Shown in pieces: positions 10,154 to 18,358 of a stretch of 64,000 nt of DNA. Numbering within the stretch: the stretch's first letter is position 1; every line of letters begins with the position of its first letter. A program made the translations under genes and the position numbers. Under the pieces are notes generated by a model. The model had not been told where the DNA came from, ran no database searches, and saw nothing but the letters and a program-made list of their open reading frames with translations. The DNA comes from a virus (lineage: Duplodnaviria > Heunggongvirae > Uroviricota > Caudoviricetes), in IMG/VR virus record IMGVR_UViG_3300042295_001370, positions 5,673-69,672 of that record; one strand, 5' to 3'.

Positions 10154-10987
10154 ATGAGTAATCCATTGAGTCAATACTTTCACACACCCAAGGCCTATGC
10201 ACAATTGCCAACACGAGGCAAATTTTATCCTAGTGATTTCCTTGAGACTTCAGCCAATGGCGAAATGGCAGTGTATCCGTTGACTGCTATTGATCAAATC
10301 ATGTTGAAAACTCCTGATGCGCTGTTGAATGGCGATGCATTGTTGAGTGTTTTCCGAAACTGTGTTCCTGGAGTCAAAGATCCCAAGAAGCTTGTGGAGC
10401 CTGACATCAACACCCTACTTGTTGCCATAAGAATTGCCAGTGCAGGGTCAACTATGGAAATAGACACCACATGTCCCAGTTGTGGAAAAGAGCACAACTT
10501 TGGTATAGACCTCTCTGCATTTATCGAAACACAAACTTATGTTGAAGGCCCCACCTATATTGAAATAGATGGAGCACTCCAAGTTTTCCTGCGTCCTTAC
10601 AACTTTGAGCAGAGAAATCTACAACTGTTGAATGAAGTGGAACAAGCCAGAAGCATCAAAGTGTTACAAGAAACAGACACAACTGATGCAGAAAAGATCA
10701 GTAGTGTGACCAAACAAGTGAATCACATGGCCAAACGCACATTGGACATCATGGCCATGAGCATAACTGAAATCAAAATAATCAGTAGTGGTGAACTGGT
10801 CACCAATCAAGAATACATTCAAGAGTTTGTGAAAGGTATTCCCACAACCAGTGCCAACGCCATCATCGACAAGTTGAAAGAGCTCAACAAAACTGGTATT
10901 GATACCGAAACCTCTTTTCAATGCGACGGTTGCTCACACACTTGGAGCCAGTCAATTGACTTTGATCCCACAAGTTTTTTCGACTAA
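10154..10987 (+). CDS. gp26: Baseplate hub assembly / tail chaperone, T4 gp26-like
   Basis: NPLSQYF..PK.Y..LPT.GKFY, P.T..DQI.LKTPDALLNG, IRIAS.G and CPSC motifs. Confidence 0.8.
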   Translation: MSNPLSQYFHTPKAYAQLPTRGKFYPSDFLETSANGEMAVYPLTAIDQIMLKTPDALLNGDALLSVFRNCVPGVKDPKKLVEPDINTLLVAIRIASAGSTMEIDTTCPSCGKEHNFGIDLSAFIETQTYVEGPTYIEIDGALQVFLRPYNFEQRNLQLLNEVEQARSIKVLQETDTTDAEKISSVTKQVNHMAKRTLDIMAMSITEIKIISSGELVTNQEYIQEFVKGIPTTSANAIIDKLKELNKTGIDTETSFQCDGCSHTWSQSIDFDPTSFFD

Positions 10988-11035
10988 AGCTTCTCAGGGG
11001 TGATCATGTAGCCATCACCCAAGTACTGAGAAGCT
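10975..11035 (+). promoter_or_regulatory. Programmed -1 ribosomal frameshift signal
   Basis: Slippery heptamer T TTT TTC (10975-10981), 6-nt spacer, stem AGCTTCTCAG/CTGAGAAGCT enclosing GGGTGAT/ATCACCC. Confidence 0.8.
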
Positions 11036-11220
11036 GCGAAAAAGAAGTGGAAATGATTGAAAGCGATATTGCCAACCTAGTGTATTACATGAACGGAGGA
11101 CTCACCTACAGTGAAGCTTGGCGTCTCACCACTTCACAGATGAAATCTTTGAGTGGAACTATTTCCAAACACTATGAGATGCAAGCCGAAGCTTATAGGA
11201 AGGCTCAATCAAAGAAGTGA
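10981..11220 (+). CDS. gp51-like chaperone extension in the -1 frame (not in ORF track)
   Basis: 79-codon open frame RLKLLRG...LVYYMNGGLTYSEAWRLT...KK*; first ATG is 24 codons in. Confidence 0.7.
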   Translation, partial: RLKLLRGDHVAITQVLRSCEKEVEMIESDIANLVYYMNGGLTYSEAWRLTTSQMKSLSGTISKHYEMQAEAYRKAQSKK

Positions 11221-11329
11221 TAATTTTAGCTGGGCGTGATCTAGTATGAATCTCAATGATCTTATTGATGATATTATTGGATCTGGAATAGGATACTTGT
11301 TGGACTGATAATAGTTCTGGGTATTTCGT

Positions 11330-11700
11330 TAGGGAGGAAGTCACACTTCTCCCCACCGGGAGGAGAAGTGTGAAAAGGCTTTCGTATAGGGCTTCGGCCT
11401 GCCTGTCTCGTCTTGGGAATTGCTTCCAGCTGGCGGAGAACCTATTTCCAGCGTTCCTGACTCTCTTCTCGGACTTATGCTCATGGAGCTGCCTTCTCGG
11501 TTATGTGCTCATCACACACGCAGGGAATTCAGTCAGACAGGCTGTTGACTGAACCCCTTCCAGCGTCACGGGACAGTGAGAGGCTGGATCCTTTTTGTTC
11601 ACTTTTGTGGCGAGGGCATAGAACCGTAAACCCTCATACGCAATTTTCCCCGGCCTTCGCGCCTGGTAGATACGGATGGACACTACACCATCATATAAAG
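11330..11700. ncRNA. Putative structured non-coding RNA, unknown family
   Basis: GC-rich intergenic stretch with hairpins TCACACTTCTCC/GGAGAAGTGTGA, GGC-TTCG-GCC, TTCAGTCA/TGACTGAA, TCCAGC/GCTGGA, GAGGG/CCCTC; no credible ORF. Confidence 0.5.
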
Positions 11701-11726
11701 CCACTATGTTTTAAAAATATACTCTG

Positions 11727-12536
11727 TTATGCGTAGTTGCTGATTCTATAATTGCCTGGACTACGTGCTGTGCTGTCTAGATATTTCAAAAGATAATTGT
11801 TTTTTGTATTTTTGAAGTCAATTACCCAAGGTGTGTTGTATTCACAGAATCTACCACTCTCTTGCTTGACTATTGCTGTTGTCCATCGATTGTATTCGTT
11901 AAGGTTAAAATGCGGAATAATAATGGGTTTTGTAGTTAACGGAGTCCAAATTTCTGTATGTTGTTCAGTGTTGTTGTATTTGTATTTGATTTCATTACGA
12001 GGGATCTGTGCATGACGTTTGTTGCTGATTTCCAACTCACTCAAGCTGCTGGGTGGTGTCTTGTAAGCCACCTCAATTATATCGCTTGATTGGGGATGAG
12101 CCAAAATGTCTGCTTGCTCTTTGTAAAAATCAATAACTGCTCTAGCCATCTGTTTTTTGGCTTCTGGAATCATAATCCAGCGATTGGCTCCGGCAGATTC
12201 AAACATCATAATTTGCGCTTCGGTCAAAATTGTTTTTTGTGTGAGTCTGTCAAAAGCAACTGGAAAATAACTTTTCAGTTGTTCAGGCCATTCTTGAGGC
12301 TTTTTCACCAATTCGCGAATGTTGAGATTGTATTTGGCTAGATCACAAAAGAGTGATGCTTGATCGTGTGTGATGTTGAGAATAGTTTGTGGAAATGCTC
12401 TTACACGACTTCCAAAGGTTCCTACAAGGGTATTGTAAAATCCCAACTCTTGTCGGAAAAAACTATTGAGCCGATTTTGATCTACTGGATCAACTACAAT
12501 AAAAATGCTGCGGTGTTGTGGCTTGTTGTGCTTCAT
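11727..12536 (-). CDS. Hypothetical protein, possible TnpB N-terminal-like fold lacking RuvC
   Basis: Likely start MKHNKPQHR at 12536 below a TTGATT-17-TATAAT promoter (12561-12589); TnpB resemblance is pattern-level only. Confidence 0.6.
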   Translation of the reverse strand: MKHNKPQHRSIFIVVDPVDQNRLNSFFRQELGFYNTLVGTFGSRVRAFPQTILNITHDQASLFCDLAKYNLNIRELVKKPQEWPEQLKSYFPVAFDRLTQKTILTEAQIMMFESAGANRWIMIPEAKKQMARAVIDFYKEQADILAHPQSSDIIEVAYKTPPSSLSELEISNKRHAQIPRNEIKYKYNNTEQHTEIWTPLTTKPIIIPHFNLNEYNRWTTAIVKQESGRFCEYNTPWVIDFKNTKNNYLLKYLDSTARSPGNYRISNYA

Positions 12537-12628
12537 TTGAAATGCTCTTTTGTTATTTTGATTATAGCCATCTAAAACTATAAAATCAAAGACTTCCAGA
12601 GCTTTTTCTGGATTACAGGAAAAAACAT

Positions 12629-12715
12629 ATGGCAGGGTCCAAAGGCAAGGCAAAAGGAAATGCAGGCGAATTACGGATAGCCAAGTTTCTCACAACGTTA
12701 TATGAAGCCAAATTT
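12629..12715 (+). pseudogene. 5' fragment of a disrupted Holliday junction resolvase
   Basis: AGGA RBS then MAGSKGKAKGNAGELRIAKFLTTLYEAKF, the K.KG...E..IA..L start of this resolvase family. Confidence 0.8.
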
Positions 12716-13205
12716 AATCAAAAAAATAGGTGTCAGGCTGTTGCATCAAATTATCAAGCTTGTATAGGTTAAACCCTTTGTAGTGCAGAATAAGATTACC
12801 TTGCGGGAGCAAGTCTGCCAAAAGGACTAAATCAGGAACATTGTTATATTTGATTATTAGCAATACCTTTTTTCCAGCACTTTGCGCGTCTTGCACAGCT
12901 TGATCAATCCATTCATCCCATGCAGTAATTTTTTGGTTCACTAACGCAGTAAATGTGGGAGGTGTTTTATTGTGTTTGCACTCTATGCTAAATTTGAAGT
13001 GTTTTGGACATATTATATCGCCAAACACTGCATAATCTAAATTATGCGTCTGAAGTTTAGCTATATTTGATCCTCCAAAGTAACTACCGCTATCGGGATT
13101 ACGTCTAAATCCTTTGTCCTCGTTCAATAATGATTTGAACTTTCCAGATAGGAGATTGGAAATCTTCCTCTCATAAGTGTTACCTTTATTTTTACTGTTC
13201 ATCAC
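12714..13205 (-). CDS. Holliday junction resolvase, PD-(D/E)xK (intact copy)
   Basis: SKNKGNTYERKIS..RRNPDSGSYFGG..GDIICP..SIECK. Confidence 0.8.
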   Translation of the reverse strand: MMNSKNKGNTYERKISNLLSGKFKSLLNEDKGFRRNPDSGSYFGGSNIAKLQTHNLDYAVFGDIICPKHFKFSIECKHNKTPPTFTALVNQKITAWDEWIDQAVQDAQSAGKKVLLIIKYNNVPDLVLLADLLPQGNLILHYKGFNLYKLDNLMQQPDTYFFD

Positions 13206-14028
13206 AAACTTCCGTAAACACCATCATATAATAATCCCATTTGTTCTTAATTTGCCAAACTAATGAGTAATCAACATCTAATTGTTTGGCTATTTGTTTA
13301 ACATCATATCCAGCAGTTAAGCTTTCCAATATGCTCTTATATATGTGAGGATTGGCGCGTATTTTAATTTTTTGTAATTCAATGCCCCTTCTGACATTTG
13401 AGAGTCTAGTAGCCTGTTTGTGTTGTTCAGTTTGATTTTTATTTCTCTCTGATATGCGAACGGACGCTTGAATTCTTCGTTGTTCAGAGAATGAATCTTT
13501 AAATTTTTGAATAGTTTCAGGGCTGCGTTTATATCCTTTTTCTCTCGGACATTTCTCTGACAAAATTTTACGTGTCTCTTCAGTGTGAGTCTTACCGTAA
13601 AACCCATTAAGTGGTCCTTTGCGACCTTTTGATGGATTCGGACCGCGCATCTTTTGTTTAGTTTCTTCAGATCTTGGTGACATTACTTGAAGCTTCCGCT
13701 TAGCCTTAATTTTGAGCCTAGTTGAGAGCGGCATAGGAATCTCAAATCTCTTACGCTTCAACCATCCGTATAATTTATTATTCCGTTGGTTTCCGACAGT
13801 CATCATAAATGCAGCATAAACGAGTTTTGCATTATCTGGATGCATCTTCATCAATAATAAATGAGCCACAAAGTGTTCTTCAGGTGTTAATACTGCTAAA
13901 TTTTCAGGGTTATCATCACCGCCTATACATCTAGGAACAATATGATGAATTTCTGTGTACACTGCGATAGGTCCAAACCTAGACTGTGCTGTTTCAATCA
14001 AGCTCTTATAAATCTTTGAATAATTCAT
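13192..14028 (-). CDS. HNH homing endonuclease with NUMOD3-type repeats
   Basis: EIHHIVPRCIGG.D...NL..LT.EEHF.AH; later FYGKTHTEETR motif. Confidence 0.9.
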   Translation of the reverse strand: MNYSKIYKSLIETAQSRFGPIAVYTEIHHIVPRCIGGDDNPENLAVLTPEEHFVAHLLLMKMHPDNAKLVYAAFMMTVGNQRNNKLYGWLKRKRFEIPMPLSTRLKIKAKRKLQVMSPRSEETKQKMRGPNPSKGRKGPLNGFYGKTHTEETRKILSEKCPREKGYKRSPETIQKFKDSFSEQRRIQASVRISERNKNQTEQHKQATRLSNVRRGIELQKIKIRANPHIYKSILESLTAGYDVKQIAKQLDVDYSLVWQIKNKWDYYMMVFTEVCDEQ

Positions 14029-14034
14029 TCTTAA

Positions 14035-14063
14035 CTCCTAAACATTATTTAGGTGTATTTATA
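14035..14063 (-). promoter_or_regulatory. Late promoter TATAAATA plus RBS-sequestering hairpin of the HNH gene
   Basis: Minus strand TATAAATA-CA-CCTAAA-TAATG-TTTAGG-AG-TTAAGA-ATG; the stem covers AGG of AGGAG. Confidence 0.7.
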
Positions 14064-14082
14064 GGTGGCAATAATAATTTAT

Positions 14083-14496
14083 TCTGGTGCCTTCATTGGA
14101 GGAGCAAACACCAAGAGAAAAGACACTATGGATGCTACGCAAATCAGCTACTTCAAAAGTGATCTCATTCCACCTTCCCATATGAAAAAGCTGGTGATTG
14201 AAAGTAAGTTTTATCAAGACTTTCCGTGGCATCGACTCATGTGCAATGGAGATATCAAACAACTGGATGCTTGGATAGAGCAAACACTTGACACATGTGA
14301 TCCAGAAGATTTGTGGTTTGTTGTCATACGCATCAATCACAAAGGAAGTTATGCTTGTTTTGATCAAAAACATTTGGCTGACTTCACGGTTGAAAACCAC
14401 GCACGTTACAAAACCTTTGTAATAACAGAGTTTGAGCCATTTTTTGAACAAAACAAGCTGAAGATTGCTGAACTGAGTTATACTGCTGGTGTATAA
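14083..14496 (+). pseudogene. 3' fragment of the disrupted Holliday junction resolvase
   Basis: Begins SGAFIGGAN..SDLIPP..LVIESKFY..DAWIEQ; lacks the N-terminal motif found at 12629. Confidence 0.8.
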
Positions 14497-14511
14497 TCCC
14501 AATCGAATCGC

Positions 14512-15336
14512 CTATAGTAGTTGGTTAGGTTGAGTTTTGCAATTAGGACCATGCCATCTGATATAGTTCGCTAAACCAAAGATATTCCCGCAATGTTCAC
14601 AAGTTTGTTTTGTTGCTTCGAATATCTGTGCTCTCTTCTTCAAAATTTCTTCAGAGACTTTTTGGCCAGACCTTACTGCGGACATTCGGACTCCAAAGCC
14701 TGCAGGTTTTTTCTTGCCTCGATTTGCTAAACTTATCTTTTCTTTGGTCTCAGCAGACAGACTTCGTCCCCGAGATTTTTGTGAGCGTGCAGCTCGCATC
14801 TCTTCTGCTTTTGGGCCATAAATTTCTTCATAGGACCTGCCTTTTTTAGCTTCGCTCATTTTAGATCTAGCTTCATCAGAATGCTTTTTGCCATATAACG
14901 GATGATTCTCTCCTGACCTGTCGATAAGAGATAATGCATCTTTTATGTTCTTGATTGTTTCTGCACTTCTTTTTTTGCCACAATTGTTAACACTTGCTTT
15001 CATTCTTGATTCATCAGAGACTATCTTCCCAACTGCCCCATCCCCGCCATCAGTTCGATTGTGTAATATACCTGTGTTATTATCCAGGCGTCCCCACCAG
15101 AGTATCAGCCTTCTTTCGAGCGCAACAGCACCAAGATTAGTTAATCCTTGTTCAAGGACAACAATCCTCCATGCTTCTTTTGGTACAGGTAGAGTTCCGT
15201 GGTTTTCTTTGTAACGTATGCCGGTCCCTTTTCCAATATAATAAGGGGTTCCTGCAGGACCATTGTTGGATGTTGTTTTTCTTAAGTAGGCATACACATA
15301 AAACCCAAAGGGTTTGATATTACGATAAATAGACAT
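14512..15336 (-). CDS. GIY-YIG homing endonuclease (Seg-like) with NUMOD3 repeats
   Basis: FYVYAYLR..PYYIGKG, LHNRTDGGDG, HSDEARSKMSEAKKG; start MSIYRN after AAGGGAG. Confidence 0.9.
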   Translation of the reverse strand: MSIYRNIKPFGFYVYAYLRKTTSNNGPAGTPYYIGKGTGIRYKENHGTLPVPKEAWRIVVLEQGLTNLGAVALERRLILWWGRLDNNTGILHNRTDGGDGAVGKIVSDESRMKASVNNCGKKRSAETIKNIKDALSLIDRSGENHPLYGKKHSDEARSKMSEAKKGRSYEEIYGPKAEEMRAARSQKSRGRSLSAETKEKISLANRGKKKPAGFGVRMSAVRSGQKVSEEILKKRAQIFEATKQTCEHCGNIFGLANYIRWHGPNCKTQPNQLL

Positions 15337-15421
15337 AGCTGTTGCTCCCTTAAAGCGATAGAGCCGGTGGACCTGCCAGGGTCGTGACCGGCATATATCT
15401 ATATTTATGGAGTACAGATAA

Positions 15422-17203
15422 TTACTCACCGCTTTCATAGCTGAAACGAGTGAAACCTAACTCTTTGATAACATACAAAACTCGATCGCAGCGACTTGTT
15501 AGCTCTTCTCTATGTGAGATCAACAAAATGTTCTTGTTCCGATCTCTGCTCATAGCCTTAAGCGTCTCTAGAGATCTTTCAAGTCCTGTGCTGTCAAGTC
15601 CCACATCAAGGATCTCATCAACAGCCATGAAGTTGATGCTGGTGTTCATGTTTTCAAAAATGTCTCGGAATGCCCAGCTGAGTGCCAAACAAACTCTTGT
15701 GCGTTCACCTCGGCTGAGACTGTCAAAGTCAAAGTCTACGCCCATATGCATGATCTCAACTCCCAAGTCGTTGCTGAATTTAACTTGGTGTGGCAACATC
15801 AATCCAGCTAGATATTCACCCAGTCTGTGATTCAAGTAGCTGAGGTTTTGATCAATAATACGCTTTCGGATGAAGCTGTCTTTGTTTGTTAGCAGCTTCA
15901 AGAGAAACTCTTGATGGTCTTTGAGTTGGCTGAGTTCATTTAGTGAATCATAAGTGACTTCTTGCAGTGTGTCATTTAAATTACCCACTTGGGCTTGATA
16001 AGGATTGGTTTCAAGCTTAAGTTTGTCCAGTTCACCACTAAGAAGTGTGAGACTGTTTCGATGCTCATATGCCTCATCAATGCTTTTGTAAAATGTTTGG
16101 TTTAGCGATACAGCACTAGACAGACCCATGAGCTCATCCAGTTCTTGTGTCAAACTCAGGCATTCCTGTTCCAGTGTTTGAATGCTGCTGTCCAGTTTGG
16201 TAATTTTGTGCTCAAGGTCGTCCAGCAGATGTGTTTGTTTCTCGTCATGAATCTTTTGACCACACATTGCGCAGTTGTGGTCTTGAATTTGACTATACTG
16301 AGTTAACCAGTTGTTTTGTTGCGCCTTCAGCTGTGTTCCATGCTGTGTTTTTGTTTGGCTTTGGCTGCGCACATTCTTCAATGCTGTTTGAAGTTCACGA
16401 TACACAAGATTGTCTTTGTGACTTTGAATTTCCTGCTCAACATCAAGATGACTCAAAGCATCTAGTGCATTTTCCAAGTCTTGAATTTTGTTCTGATGTT
16501 GAGTATCCCACTGTTGGGTTTTTTGATTCAAACTTTCAATAGTGCTCAAAATACGTGTATTGCTGTTTTTGATAGTATGTATTTTGAACTCTTCTTGTTC
16601 AATAGTTTGTTTGGTTGTTTGAATAAGCTTTTTGAGGTTTTCTGCCTTCTGAGACAGTAATGTAATTCCCAACAGCTCTTCAATTATTTCTCGCTGTTTT
16701 CCAGCACCCATGCTCAAAAATGGCTCAGTATAGGTGTTCAAAGCCACAATGTGTTTGAACATGGTGTGGCTGATGCCCAATACCTTCTCAATCTCTTTCT
16801 GAGTATCTTTGTTTTCGCCTTGAGCTTCGTCTGCACTTTTGTTTTCATTTACTGATTCATCATTTACAACATAGCGGAAAAAACTAGGGGCACGGCCACG
16901 TTCAATTTTGTAGCTGTTGCCGTGGGCTTCAAACTCAATACTCACCACCATGTTCTTTTTGTTGATGCTGTTGATGAGATTGTTTTTCTTGATGTTAGTA
17001 AGAGCTTGACCATACAGGGCATAACAAATGGCTGAAATCAGCGTCGATTTGCCAACACCATTCCGGTTGCCGTTGCCGCCCAAGTCTAGATTCTCGCCCA
17101 ATACAAGAGTCAAGCCAGGTTGTGTGAGAGTAACTGATTGTGTAACAGCACCCACACTCATGAAGTTTTTGATTGTGACGTTTTTGAGGATGATCAAGTT
17201 CAA
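15422..17203 (-). CDS. gp46: Recombination endonuclease ATPase subunit (gp46/SbcC/Rad50)
   Basis: Walker A NGVGKST, coiled coil with CAMC zinc hook, LSRGE signature, Walker B AVDEILD. Confidence 0.95.
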   Translation of the reverse strand: MNLIILKNVTIKNFMSVGAVTQSVTLTQPGLTLVLGENLDLGGNGNRNGVGKSTLISAICYALYGQALTNIKKNNLINSINKKNMVVSIEFEAHGNSYKIERGRAPSFFRYVVNDESVNENKSADEAQGENKDTQKEIEKVLGISHTMFKHIVALNTYTEPFLSMGAGKQREIIEELLGITLLSQKAENLKKLIQTTKQTIEQEEFKIHTIKNSNTRILSTIESLNQKTQQWDTQHQNKIQDLENALDALSHLDVEQEIQSHKDNLVYRELQTALKNVRSQSQTKTQHGTQLKAQQNNWLTQYSQIQDHNCAMCGQKIHDEKQTHLLDDLEHKITKLDSSIQTLEQECLSLTQELDELMGLSSAVSLNQTFYKSIDEAYEHRNSLTLLSGELDKLKLETNPYQAQVGNLNDTLQEVTYDSLNELSQLKDHQEFLLKLLTNKDSFIRKRIIDQNLSYLNHRLGEYLAGLMLPHQVKFSNDLGVEIMHMGVDFDFDSLSRGERTRVCLALSWAFRDIFENMNTSINFMAVDEILDVGLDSTGLERSLETLKAMSRDRNKNILLISHREELTSRCDRVLYVIKELGFTRFSYESGE

Positions 17204-18231
17204 ATACTCTGATAGATTTCAATCAAGCGTTGTTTGTTCATTGTAGTGCTTTCAATACTATTCAAATGTGACACCACAATTGAGTCAACGCTTTCAAAAT
17301 TGATTTCACTATCATCAAGAACAGTGTCATCTCCATCACTTCTGCCATGAATAAAACTCACATCCAAGGCAGCTAGCTGAGTTTCAAATAACTCTCTAAT
17401 GAAGGCAAGGTCTTCATAAGTTAAGTCAGCATCTACTGTTATCCGTGCGAAAGTTTTGTTGTCTATCAAGCCGGTAGGATCCTGAAGTGCCTCTGTAAGG
17501 TTATACGTGCGATACTTGGGTGCACTAAGCCATTTTTCAAATATGGGATCAGTTCCAGGAGTCCAGATCATCAACCCTCTATCATCGTCTCCCGCATCTG
17601 CAAAGTTGTGAGGAAAGGCATTGCCAATATAACAAATGTTGCCCTTTCGCTGCCTTTTGTGAAAATGCCCACTGAACACCAATTTTTGATTTTGAAAGTG
17701 TTCACTGTTCAAGCCGCCATGATCGGGCATTTCCACCATGGCATTCATCCGGAACTTGGCAATTTCAGCATGACAAAACAAATAAGGCTGTTTGATTTTT
17801 TGAATCAACTTATACTCATCACCCACCAACCAAGGAACAAAACAATAGTCTTTGACTGTGGTGATTTTGTCAATTAGGTGAATATTTGAAAAATCCTGTG
17901 CATAGGGAATACTGTGCAGCTCTAGAGTATCTCGAAAATAGAGATCATGGTTGCCCAAGAGCATTATCACATTGTCAAAATTGTTGTTTAGCAGTTTCAT
18001 GCCATTGTGGCTGTAATTGAGTGTGCTGATGTTCACACTGTTGCGGTTGTGACTCCAGTCGCCCAAAAACAAGAGTGTTTTGATTTTCAGCTCTTGTGCT
18101 CGTTTGACCACAAACTCCAAAAACTCAGTACACCAAGTGTTGTGCTGTTTGGAGTTGTTCCGCATGCCAAAATGCACATCAGTTATGGCAATTACTTTTG
18201 AAAAATCAACATTGTCTAGATTGATAGTCAT
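17200..18231 (-). CDS. gp47: Recombination endonuclease nuclease subunit (gp47/SbcD/Mre11)
   Basis: Metallophosphoesterase motifs TDVHFG, LGDW, GNHD, SGHFH. Confidence 0.95.
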   Translation of the reverse strand: MTINLDNVDFSKVIAITDVHFGMRNNSKQHNTWCTEFLEFVVKRAQELKIKTLLFLGDWSHNRNSVNISTLNYSHNGMKLLNNNFDNVIMLLGNHDLYFRDTLELHSIPYAQDFSNIHLIDKITTVKDYCFVPWLVGDEYKLIQKIKQPYLFCHAEIAKFRMNAMVEMPDHGGLNSEHFQNQKLVFSGHFHKRQRKGNICYIGNAFPHNFADAGDDDRGLMIWTPGTDPIFEKWLSAPKYRTYNLTEALQDPTGLIDNKTFARITVDADLTYEDLAFIRELFETQLAALDVSFIHGRSDGDDTVLDDSEINFESVDSIVVSHLNSIESTTMNKQRLIEIYQSI

Positions 18232-18358
18232 GACTCAAAAGTCTCCTTGAGTCAGAGTATAGCTGATAAAAACTGTTAGTTCAACAGGTGGGCAGGACCT
18301 AGATTTGTGATATTCATTATGATATATAAATAATATGCAATAGGGTTGGAGAAAAATT

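Noticed and set aside
11246-11308. 20-codon mini-ORF MNLNDLIDDIIGSGIGYLLD
   Set aside because: No convincing RBS or homology; too short to support.
11330-11345. GGGAGGAAGTC resembling RNase P CR-I
   Set aside because: No complementary P4 3' strand (CCGGCTTA-like) found downstream.
11221-11700. tmRNA, tRNA or group II intron identity for the structured region (ACACCA end, ACGGTTC)
   Set aside because: No T-loop, acceptor stem or domain V helix could be built.
11727-12653. 308-aa version of the ORF
   Set aside because: The first 39 codons overlap its own promoter and the resolvase fragment; ATG at 12536 fits better.
14065-14496. Stand-alone 143-aa gene
   Set aside because: It is the 3' part of the interrupted resolvase and lacks the N-terminal catalytic motif.
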